A stretch of DNA of 64,000 bases from Cyanobacteriota bacterium (GTDB lineage: Bacteria > Cyanobacteriota > Cyanobacteriia > Cyanobacteriales > Nostocaceae): the NCBI GenBank assembly GCA_046045965.1, contig JBJOKS010000005.1, positions 32,001 to 96,000 on the forward strand. The letters are read 5' to 3'. Each line of letters opens with the position of its first letter. The stretch's first letter is position 1. Below, piece after piece: positions 41,901 to 50,781 of this stretch. The position numbers were made by a program, and so were the translations under genes. The notes under the pieces were generated by a model. The model did not search any database and was not told the origin of the DNA. It worked only from the letters and a program-made list of their open reading frames with translations.

Positions 41901-42581
41901 ATGGATGAACAACTACAGCAACTACTTCAAGCATTCTTGACAACAGCGAGTGGTAGTATAGAAGATCAACAAGTTATAGCCAAAATACTGAAATTAATTC
42001 CTCATTTACCAGGAGTTCGCAAACACAATGATCCTCGGATTGATTATGAAGAAGCTTTTAATCTCTCATTGCAGGGGGTTTGGAAAGGAATAAGAAGATT
42101 TGCTGAGAACTCTTCCGAAAGGATTCTTAACAAAAGCGCAGAAATTAATCGGCGATTTTTTGTAGCTTGGTTCAACAGAATTTTAATGAACAAAATTTAT
42201 GATATGTATCGTCAGCAGGGAAACCAACCCTTCAGCTTAGATGCAAATATGAATGATGATAATACATTTTTAGATAATTTAGCAGATAACATCAATATAA
42301 ATACTATTGATAAATTAATTGAACAAGAAAATTTGAAAAAAAATCAGGAAATAGAAAATAAAATAAAATCTGATTTAGAAAAAAATTTAGAACAATTAAA
42401 CTGTCATCCAAGAAATTGCCCTGAATGTACCTGTCGAGAACTGATTAACAGGAGATTGTTAAAAAAACCTCCAGAAAGATGGCAAGATATTGGTGAATAT
42501 TTCCAAATCAAGTGGAAAGCTATTGAATCACATTGGAGAAGAACTTGTTTACCACTTCTACCACAATTAGGAAATATTTAA
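41901..42581 (+). CDS. Sigma-70/ECF-like factor (cyanobacterial type)
   Basis: Region-2-like YEEA...FVAWFNRILMNKIYDMYR; SLD motif; C-terminal HTH WQDIGEYFQIKWKAIESHWRR. Confidence 0.7.
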   Translation: MDEQLQQLLQAFLTTASGSIEDQQVIAKILKLIPHLPGVRKHNDPRIDYEEAFNLSLQGVWKGIRRFAENSSERILNKSAEINRRFFVAWFNRILMNKIYDMYRQQGNQPFSLDANMNDDNTFLDNLADNININTIDKLIEQENLKKNQEIENKIKSDLEKNLEQLNCHPRNCPECTCRELINRRLLKKPPERWQDIGEYFQIKWKAIESHWRRTCLPLLPQLGNI

Positions 42582-42613
42582 AGTTTTTTAATATTAAATC
42601 AGGAGCAAATGAA

Positions 42614-43564
42614 ATGACAACAAATGCCGAACTATTTTTATTAACCGTTCCTCTCACCGCAGCGAATCATGAATGTGCTAAAAGATTTGCGTCTGAACAA
42701 TCTTCTCGTGAGAAATTTAAACAAGTATATCTCAACACTTTGGCGGTTTTAGCAGTAGATAGATTTTTACGTTGGATGGAATTTGAAACAGACTTAAATG
42801 CAGCCGATAGTTGGAATCCCATAATTCGTCGTTTTAATAATGTAGCAGATTTAATGCTTCCTGAATTGGGAAGAGTAGAATGTCGTCCTATTTTACCTAC
42901 AGAAGATGTGATGATTTTACCTCCTGAAGTAATAGGAGATAGAATTGCTTATATAGCTGTAAAATTTGCTGAGAATTTAAAGCAAGTTGAATTACTAGGA
43001 TTTTTACCTGCTTCGGAAAGTATAGAAGAATCTGATATTATTGATCTTGCTGATTTGCAACCGTTAGAAGAATTAACAGATTTTTTGCTAAATTTAGATC
43101 CTATTTCTGAGGATGATTTTGAAGAAGAAGAGGATGATGAAACAGAAGGGAATAATTTGTCAATAGAAGTTTTAAGACGTTGGTTAGAACAAAATTATGG
43201 AGAAGGTTGGAAAGCTTATGAAGAAATACAGGGAGAGGGAGGATATCGTAGTGATGATAATTTTGAAGAAATCCGCCGTCGTGCTAAAGTTATAGAAATA
43301 GAAGATTATTCAGTTGTTTTATCAGTTTTATTTACTTCAGAACATAGAGAAGATTTTCGGTTAATATTTAAACTAGAGCCAGAAAAATTTGAATATGAAC
43401 TGCCAGAGGGTGTTGAACTACAATTATTAGATCAAAATGGACAATTAATACAAGAAGATAATTCAGAAGAACCTGAAATTGAATGGAATGCAAAAATAGG
43501 TACTTTGTTTAATATACAAATAATTCTTGGAGAAGCTAGATTTATAGAACAGTTTCAAATTTGA
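42614..43564 (+). CDS. DUF1822 family protein
   Basis: QVYLNTLAVLAV...DSWNP...VADL..LGRVECRP; C-terminal LPEGVELQLLD...FIEQFQI; AGGAG RBS at 42601. Confidence 0.8.
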   Translation: MTTNAELFLLTVPLTAANHECAKRFASEQSSREKFKQVYLNTLAVLAVDRFLRWMEFETDLNAADSWNPIIRRFNNVADLMLPELGRVECRPILPTEDVMILPPEVIGDRIAYIAVKFAENLKQVELLGFLPASESIEESDIIDLADLQPLEELTDFLLNLDPISEDDFEEEEDDETEGNNLSIEVLRRWLEQNYGEGWKAYEEIQGEGGYRSDDNFEEIRRRAKVIEIEDYSVVLSVLFTSEHREDFRLIFKLEPEKFEYELPEGVELQLLDQNGQLIQEDNSEEPEIEWNAKIGTLFNIQIILGEARFIEQFQI

Positions 43565-43608
43565 TTTCAAGATTGTGTATACAATTTATAGCCAAAGATT
43601 TAGATATT

Positions 43609-46600
43609 ATGCAACCAGTAATAGTTCTATATTTTGAAACAGGAAATTTTGAACAAGGATTCGTCATTAAATTACAGAGTATAAATTTCAACCAAGAATT
43701 AGTAGGAAGATTGTCAGCAAATCCTGAAATTGAAGAAGTATATCGAGAAATAAACTCTCTATATGAGGATTATCGTAAAATAAAGAGCAAATCTTTAAAG
43801 CAAAAACTTAATGAAAAATATAGTTATTTTGAAAACCAATTAAATGAATGGTTAAACTCAGAGTCATTTCAGATTATTCGTTCAGAAATAATTCAAATAT
43901 TTACTCATAATCAAAATTCCAGATTATTTATTCAAGCAACCCATCCTGTTATCTGGCAGTTACCTTGGCATCAGTGGAATATTTTGCGCGAATTAGAAAG
44001 TGTAGAAGTTACTTTATGCTTTCCTATAACTCAACAAATTAAACTATTTACACCTTCTCCATTACGAAACCGAGTGAGAATTTTAACAGTAATTGGTAAT
44101 ACTAAAGGAATTAAGGTTGAAGATGATATTACAGAAATAAATAATATAATTATTGAAAATAAAACTGAAATTAAAATAATTCCAGAACGAAATCCACAAG
44201 AATTAAATGAGATAGAACAAGATGCATCACACAAACAACAAATACAACTTTCTCGCAGAGAATTATATGATGTACTTTGGGAATATCAACAATCAGAGAT
44301 TAACGAAGATTCAGAAAAGCAGGTAAATGAAGAATCTTTTCATCCAAAAGATGTTAAATTTAACAAGAATAACATAGGATGGGATATCTTAATATTTACT
44401 GGACATAGTAAAACTGAATGGTTTAAAGATAGAAAGGGAGTTTTACAAATAAATTCTCAAGAATGGTTGAGTATAGCAGAATTACGTTCAGCAATAAAAT
44501 CAGCATTAGCTTTTGGTTTAAAATTCGTTATTTTTAACTCCTGTGATGGTTTGGGTTTAGCTAAAAATTTGGCAGATTTACAAATTCCTTATGTGATTGT
44601 GATGCGTGAGGAAGTTCATGACAACGTAGCTTCAAATTTTATCAAGAATTTCTTAAAAGAATTTGTCCAAAATGGTGAACCAATTCATATAGCATTAAGC
44701 AAAGCAAGAACCGAATTAGCAAAAATTGAAAAAAATTATCCTCTAGCTAGTTGGCTACCTGTTCTCTGTCAAAGTTCACCAAATATAACCTTAACTTGGG
44801 AAGAATTATCACAGAGTATTAATAAAAAACCTGATTGGTCAGGATGTTGTTTAACATTATTTACGTTAGATGCTCTACAACGGTTACAAAATAATATTCT
44901 GACTAAAAATAAAGGTGTAGAGATTGAAGATATTTATGTTGCACCGAATTTAGGATTACTGCAAAAATTAAAACCAGGGGATTTACAAACTCAAGTCCAA
45001 AAGCAAGTACAAATTCCTATTTATGGTGATTATCAACTTACTCAAAAGTATCAACTAAAAGAGTTTTTAGAAAAAGTAGTTCGTCGTAGAAATAGCCCTG
45101 TTAGCCAAGGTAAGCGACTAGCAATTATTGGTGAAGCTGGAGCAGGTAAAAGTTTATTGTTACAAAGGATTGGAGATTGGATTTATTGGGATTTAAACAG
45201 GCTGGTAATTTGGGTTTCTTTAGCAAGTGTCAATCGAAAACAAACATTAGATAATTATTTACTAACAACATGGCTAAACAGAGTCAAAACAGAAGCTAAA
45301 ATGTCCTGGGTTAATCAGGAACAAATAGTAGATTTATTTGCTAGTGGAAATGTCTGGCTGTTGCTAGATGGAGTTGATGAAATGAATACTAATTTTGGTG
45401 AGCCTTTAGGAGAAATAACACGCCAGATTAGTCAGTCTAATTTCATATCTCAGTCAAATATTATTTTAACTTGTCGTCTTAATGTATGGGAAGCAAATAA
45501 AAAGATATTGCAACAGTTTGATGTATTTCGTGTTTTGGACTTTACCACAGACGATACCAGCAATATGTTTAGGACAGAAAATGGTCAGGTAACTTTTTTC
45601 ATAGAACGTTGGTTTGCTAGTAATCCCAATAAAGGACAAGAACTAATTCAAAATTTGAGAATGGATAGTAATAAACAAATTAGAGATTTATCTACGAATC
45701 CTCTGCGACTATCTTTATTATGTTTAGTTTGGGAAACAGAAACTAATACAAAGGAAAAATCATTTGAAGTTTTAGAAGAACCAGAAATTTCAAAGAATAC
45801 AGATGAAGAACAAAAGTCAGAAAAAGATAAAAGATTATCAGATTTTTTAAATTCTAGAGCGGCTTTATATGATAGATTTGTACAATCCATTTATGAATGG
45901 AAAGAGAGATTATTTCGTAAAGAAAGTAGCATTATTGTTAGAACTAATGAACGTTTAACTTTAGATCAGGGTAAAATAGAACAACTAAATCGAGATTTAG
46001 CTATTTTAGCCAAAAAAGCATTTGAACATAAACTAATCCATAAATTTACATTATCCGAATTAGAAAAAGTTGCCGAAACTCAACATCCAGTTACCAAATT
46101 TATCTTACCTGTAATTAAGAATGTAGTCGCTAAAAGTGGTATAGAACAATATGATTCGCCATTTCATATTCCTCATGTGATGGCTAGTATAATCTTAAAA
46201 TCTAATTTAAATTTAGCACTGCAATTAGGTTGGCTTAACCAAGTGGGAACATCAAGATATAACTCAAATGAACCAATTTATGCTTTCTTCCATCCCACAT
46301 TTCATCAATACTTTGCTGCTAAAGCAATTGATGAAGATGAATATCAATTTTTTATAAAACACAGTACCGTTTTACCCCCACCTTATGGAACTTATCGAGC
46401 GTTTGATGCTAAATGGCAAGAAGTAATGTTGTTATGGTTTGGGAGAGAAGATGTTTTAGACCTTTATAAACAATTGTTAATTGAAGGATTATGGAAATTT
46501 AAAGATGGATGTGGTGGTTTTTATACATATCAAGCAAAGTTTTTAGCAGCAGCAGCATTGGCTGAATTTAAAAATTGTGGTGAGTTAGAAGAGCAATTAA

Positions 46601-49140
46601 CAGACAATTATGAGAAGACTAAAGTTACGGTTGGTGAAATTATAGATGAAATTGGTAAAACCAGTTTTGTATATGAAAATGAGGCAGATGAGGATGATTT
46701 GTCTTTACCATTTAAGGCATTTCAAAAACGAGCAAAAATAGCATTTGCAAGAACTAATTCTGAATTAGCTGAAAAATGGTTAATCAATTTAATTAATAAA
46801 ATTACACTAGAATCTAGTATTGCTCCTGCATTATTTTTAGATAATCTAGCTCCTGCACATAAATCAGTTATTAAGACCTTGCTAGAAGATTTTAAACAAA
46901 CTTTTGATGAAGAGTTAAACGATAACAATAAGAAAGATGCTACAGAAAGATATAAATATAATTTAATTATAAATTTAATTTTCAATGCCAAAGGTAATAA
47001 AGAAGTAATTAATCAATTGATTAAATTTCTGTCAAATCAAACCAATGAAGAGACACAGATTGAAACATTATTAGTTTTAGGCTGTATTGCTAATACTGAC
47101 GACAGAATGACAATTAATGCAACTAAATCAGTATTAGTTATAATTGAAGCTATTGATAAAATAATTCAGTTTTTTGAAAAAAATCTGATCGGTAGCGATA
47201 GTACATCTTCCAAAATTAGCAAATATAGTAGTTACTTTGGAATTATGGCTGAAGAAAATCCAAATATTGTTAATTATTTAATTAATAAACTTACTCAACT
47301 ATTGGAGAAATTATTACAACAAACTGACAAAACAGGTTATGAACAATACATAATTTTGGAAAATAAATTACATATTGCTCAAGAATTATTAGAAATTTCC
47401 CCAGTTAATCAACTGGCAATGAATACCTTAATTGAGCTTGCTTTAACTTATACTGACTACGATAGTGACACTCTAGTTTTTGGGTGTTGGAAAAAAGTTG
47501 GTAAAGATAATCCTTTCATGATTCATTCCCTCTGTAGTTATATTCAGGAATTTGATGAAACAAAGGGAACATATCGTTTTTTCTCGAAAACTTTTGATGT
47601 TTTGGGAGAAATTGGTTTTGGTGAACCTATCGTCATTGATTTTCTAAACCACCATTTAGAAATTACAGAAGATGATTCACTGCATTTTACTATTGCTAAA
47701 AATTTATTAAAAATTGATCCAGATAATATCAAAGCTATTAATACTCTCCAGGATTTAATGAAAAATGCTCCTAGTGTAGATTCGCGTGTAAGAGCAGCAA
47801 AATTATTAGCAGAATTATCTGAACAACATCGGGAAGAAGTAATTAATACTTTAATTTCTTGGCAAAAACAATATTATCAAGAAGTAATGGAATTTTTAGC
47901 CAAATCATCTATTAATACAAACGATATAGATAAATGTCTATCTAATTTAGCAAAAGAATCTGAAGCAGAATACGGGAGAGATGCAGAAAAAAGTTTATAC
48001 TTGAGAAATCTACAGCGCAAGTTTTTCTTGATTAGTGATATTTTTGGTAATTTTACTTTCCAGAAAATTGCTCGTAATTATCCACAAGTAATTGCTGCTT
48101 TAACTGAATTAATTTTGAATATTCCTGCTTCTTACACTCAATATTCTTTAGTCAAAAGTTTAGGAATGATTGATCCTGGGAATCCTTTTTGCATTAAGAT
48201 GTGGATGCAGTTCTATGATAATGAAGTAAAAGAAGATGAGCGTAAACACATTGCTACTAGCTTTTGGTCTAGAGTTTATCATGAGTGGGTGACAGAAGTA
48301 GGGGATAGAAACCGTCGTCAAATGATTATTGACGCATTAACTAAAATTATTCAATCTACAGAAGATAAAAAATTACAGTTGGATGCTGCAAAAACATTAG
48401 GTAAGTTTGATTCTGGCAATTCGTTAGCAATTTCTACATTAATTGGCTTGGTGCTTGATGGATATCCTGGGCATTTTTCCCATCCAGTAGCAGCATTACA
48501 AGAAATTATTCAGGGTGAAAAGGCAGAGATAGTTGCTATAGAAATTGTGAGAAATTTGCAGGAATTACTCAATGAAACTCATGATAATTTGGCTAAAGAT
48601 GATAATTATGATCGGCTTGAATATTTACTGGAACTATTTTGGGTTTGTGCTGAAACTTTACCATATCCTGAGTTTTATAGGGTTTGGCGAAATCTGCCTA
48701 AAAATTATCACCTTAAACCAATATATGTGGGTCTTAGTCAGTTCATGTCTGCGGCTAATTTTGCATTTGGTATTACTTATTATATTCTCCATCCTCGTGA
48801 TTTACTAATTAAGATATTCTCGATTATATTGAGTATATTGAAAGGCTTATTTTTATTGGTTGTCAATAGCTTTTCATTTCTGATTCTAGTAATCATTGCA
48901 GTAACATATCCTATATCTTGGTTTGCTAACAAATATTTAAGAATTAATATAAAACGAACTTTAATGAGCGTATTAGGTTTATTTATAGGTATTATAGGAG
49001 GCAGTATTATTTATATTATTTTACCAGCTATTGTAATGCTTGTATCGCTACCTTTAGTATTAGGATTAGCTGTAATTGCTATTCCTATAGGTTTAATTGT
49101 AATGGCAATTATTTGGATTTGGAAAAAATTTAGACGATAA
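43609..49140 (+). CDS. CHAT (caspase-like) protease - NACHT NTPase - HEAT-like repeats - C-terminal TM helices
   Basis: QLPWHQW, IFTGHS (His), IFNSCDGL (Cys), WLPVLCQ; Walker A GEAGAGKS, Walker B LLLDGVDE, NPLRLSLLC, FFHPTF; AAKTLGKFD-type repeats; hydrophobic tail ending KKFRR. Confidence 0.85.
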   Translation: MQPVIVLYFETGNFEQGFVIKLQSINFNQELVGRLSANPEIEEVYREINSLYEDYRKIKSKSLKQKLNEKYSYFENQLNEWLNSESFQIIRSEIIQIFTHNQNSRLFIQATHPVIWQLPWHQWNILRELESVEVTLCFPITQQIKLFTPSPLRNRVRILTVIGNTKGIKVEDDITEINNIIIENKTEIKIIPERNPQELNEIEQDASHKQQIQLSRRELYDVLWEYQQSEINEDSEKQVNEESFHPKDVKFNKNNIGWDILIFTGHSKTEWFKDRKGVLQINSQEWLSIAELRSAIKSALAFGLKFVIFNSCDGLGLAKNLADLQIPYVIVMREEVHDNVASNFIKNFLKEFVQNGEPIHIALSKARTELAKIEKNYPLASWLPVLCQSSPNITLTWEELSQSINKKPDWSGCCLTLFTLDALQRLQNNILTKNKGVEIEDIYVAPNLGLLQKLKPGDLQTQVQKQVQIPIYGDYQLTQKYQLKEFLEKVVRRRNSPVSQGKRLAIIGEAGAGKSLLLQRIGDWIYWDLNRLVIWVSLASVNRKQTLDNYLLTTWLNRVKTEAKMSWVNQEQIVDLFASGNVWLLLDGVDEMNTNFGEPLGEITRQISQSNFISQSNIILTCRLNVWEANKKILQQFDVFRVLDFTTDDTSNMFRTENGQVTFFIERWFASNPNKGQELIQNLRMDSNKQIRDLSTNPLRLSLLCLVWETETNTKEKSFEVLEEPEISKNTDEEQKSEKDKRLSDFLNSRAALYDRFVQSIYEWKERLFRKESSIIVRTNERLTLDQGKIEQLNRDLAILAKKAFEHKLIHKFTLSELEKVAETQHPVTKFILPVIKNVVAKSGIEQYDSPFHIPHVMASIILKSNLNLALQLGWLNQVGTSRYNSNEPIYAFFHPTFHQYFAAKAIDEDEYQFFIKHSTVLPPPYGTYRAFDAKWQEVMLLWFGREDVLDLYKQLLIEGLWKFKDGCGGFYTYQAKFLAAAALAEFKNCGELEEQLTDNYEKTKVTVGEIIDEIGKTSFVYENEADEDDLSLPFKAFQKRAKIAFARTNSELAEKWLINLINKITLESSIAPALFLDNLAPAHKSVIKTLLEDFKQTFDEELNDNNKKDATERYKYNLIINLIFNAKGNKEVINQLIKFLSNQTNEETQIETLLVLGCIANTDDRMTINATKSVLVIIEAIDKIIQFFEKNLIGSDSTSSKISKYSSYFGIMAEENPNIVNYLINKLTQLLEKLLQQTDKTGYEQYIILENKLHIAQELLEISPVNQLAMNTLIELALTYTDYDSDTLVFGCWKKVGKDNPFMIHSLCSYIQEFDETKGTYRFFSKTFDVLGEIGFGEPIVIDFLNHHLEITEDDSLHFTIAKNLLKIDPDNIKAINTLQDLMKNAPSVDSRVRAAKLLAELSEQHREEVINTLISWQKQYYQEVMEFLAKSSINTNDIDKCLSNLAKESEAEYGRDAEKSLYLRNLQRKFFLISDIFGNFTFQKIARNYPQVIAALTELILNIPASYTQYSLVKSLGMIDPGNPFCIKMWMQFYDNEVKEDERKHIATSFWSRVYHEWVTEVGDRNRRQMIIDALTKIIQSTEDKKLQLDAAKTLGKFDSGNSLAISTLIGLVLDGYPGHFSHPVAALQEIIQGEKAEIVAIEIVRNLQELLNETHDNLAKDDNYDRLEYLLELFWVCAETLPYPEFYRVWRNLPKNYHLKPIYVGLSQFMSAANFAFGITYYILHPRDLLIKIFSIILSILKGLFLLVVNSFSFLILVIIAVTYPISWFANKYLRINIKRTLMSVLGLFIGIIGGSIIYIILPAIVMLVSLPLVLGLAVIAIPIGLIVMAIIWIWKKFRR

Positions 49141-49210
49141 AGATTGAGTAATTGAACAATAACATCCCTAACTTCTTGAATATCCGGTTTCCAAAACCCT
49201 TGTATATACT

Positions 49211-49250
49211 TTTTATGAAACATTTATACGTTTTATGAAATATTTATACG
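49211..49250 (+). repeat. Tandem 20-bp duplication TTTTATGAAA(C/T)ATTTATACG x2
   Basis: Directly visible, 1 mismatch. Confidence 0.85.
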
Positions 49251-49810
49251 TTATTGGTCAGAAATATCCAAAATTACAGTATAAGTATAAAAAAATACTT
49301 TGCATAACTATTTTAGTTTTTCCGTTGCCTAACCTAATTATATCAATTCCCCATTCTCAAACCTGATTTTACCATAGGTATTAACACATAAAATCATCAG
49401 GTTGGAAGTAGAAAACAAAAGAAAAAATAAAAATTATGCCAAGGTTTTATAAAAATGATTTATGCTGCTAACATAGAAAAAAAGAGAAGTTGATCATCTT
49501 CTCTGAAACTACAGTTTGACACCAACCAAATAACTGTTATTATTTATTAATATCTTTGCGTCTCATCTCAATTCATACTTCTGAATCTTTGCGATTACTA
49601 TTATTATCTAAATACTTACTAACGAATTAGTAGGTATAGGAAAGTGAATAGCTAATTTTCGCAACATCAAAAATTTTTCCAGTAAATGAATAAAAAGAAA
49701 ATATTAAGCCAATAGCTATCTTAATGGTTTATATATTTTCGCTGACTTAATTTTTACTATCTGAGTCGCTACCAACCAACAAACAACATCAATTATCAGG
49801 ATAAATGCCA

Positions 49811-50173
49811 ATGAATATCACAGGAAAAAAAGCCCTGTTCAACAACCAAAGCATCTTACAAAATTTTGCTTTTGGTGAAGAAATTGACGAACAGGCTGCG
49901 GAAATCATTTCTGGTGGTGTGGAGAGATTCACTCTGAAAAATGCCACACAACAAGCGATTATTTACACAGTAGATGACGTTGCATGGATCATACAACCTG
50001 GCGAAGAACATAGAGTTAGTACCGACATGGGGGGGAAAATAAGATTTGATGGAGATACTCGAGACAATAGATTAAGCGCAAAAGGATATAACCTCAGAGA
50101 TTCTGGAAGATATGTATTTTACAACTCTTCCCAGAATAATTCTAATAGAATTGACTTATATCGTGAAGCTTAA
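49811..50173 (+). CDS. Double-glycine-leader secreted protein 1
   Basis: 36-aa leader ending EEIDEQAAEIISGG; start 49811 chosen by alignment with its paralog. Confidence 0.8.
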   Translation: MNITGKKALFNNQSILQNFAFGEEIDEQAAEIISGGVERFTLKNATQQAIIYTVDDVAWIIQPGEEHRVSTDMGGKIRFDGDTRDNRLSAKGYNLRDSGRYVFYNSSQNNSNRIDLYREA

Positions 50174-50291
50174 TCTTCTGGAAAAATTGCCGTTGGTTTT
50201 TGATTAAAGCCAACATCATTTATTTCATTTGTTTGCAACCGACCGAGAAATATTGACCAATAAACTCAACTAGATTTCAGGAGTAACTGAA

Positions 50292-50657
50292 GTGAGTATT
50301 ACTATTGCCTCCTCTTTTTTACACAACCAAAGAATTTTAGAAAATATTGCTTTGGTAGAAGAAATTGACGAACAAGCAGCAGAAATCATTTCTGGAGGTC
50401 AATCTGCAAATTTGCTGAGTAAAGAAATATATGCTTTGGATGATGGAAACGAGGAACCAAAATTATACAATCCCAATAATCCCAATAATCCCAATAATCC
50501 TGAAGAACGTGAAGATCCTGAAGACCCTAATCAATCTGCTTCACAACTATTGGGAGGATCTGTGCAGCAAGCTAATTTTGGATTTGGCCAGGACAGAAGA
50601 GGGAGAAGAAGATACGGATACAGAGATAGAAACAGAAACAGAAATCGTTACTGTTAA
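50292..50657 (+). CDS. Double-glycine-leader secreted protein 2 (low-complexity core)
   Basis: GTG start after AGGAG; 36-aa leader with identical EEIDEQAAEIISGG. Confidence 0.8.
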   Translation: MSITIASSFLHNQRILENIALVEEIDEQAAEIISGGQSANLLSKEIYALDDGNEEPKLYNPNNPNNPNNPEEREDPEDPNQSASQLLGGSVQQANFGFGQDRRGRRRYGYRDRNRNRNRYC

Positions 50658-50781
50658 TTAGGGTTTGTTTATAACGATCAACCCTCAAGTTCTACAGATT
50701 CATAACAGCCAATAATCACTTTTTTGACTGCGTAAATCCTCTTCTTTCACTGTATTTTCGCTTCCAGAATTACGCCAGTCA

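Noticed and set aside
50093..50110. RDSGR in precursor 1 resembles the PatS/HetN RGSGR inhibitor motif
   Set aside because: One mismatch in a 5-mer inside a globular-looking domain; likely chance
50431..50661. Alternative-frame ORF with (IIP)n and (ETET) repeats
   Set aside because: Shadow of precursor 2, which has the RBS and the conserved GG leader
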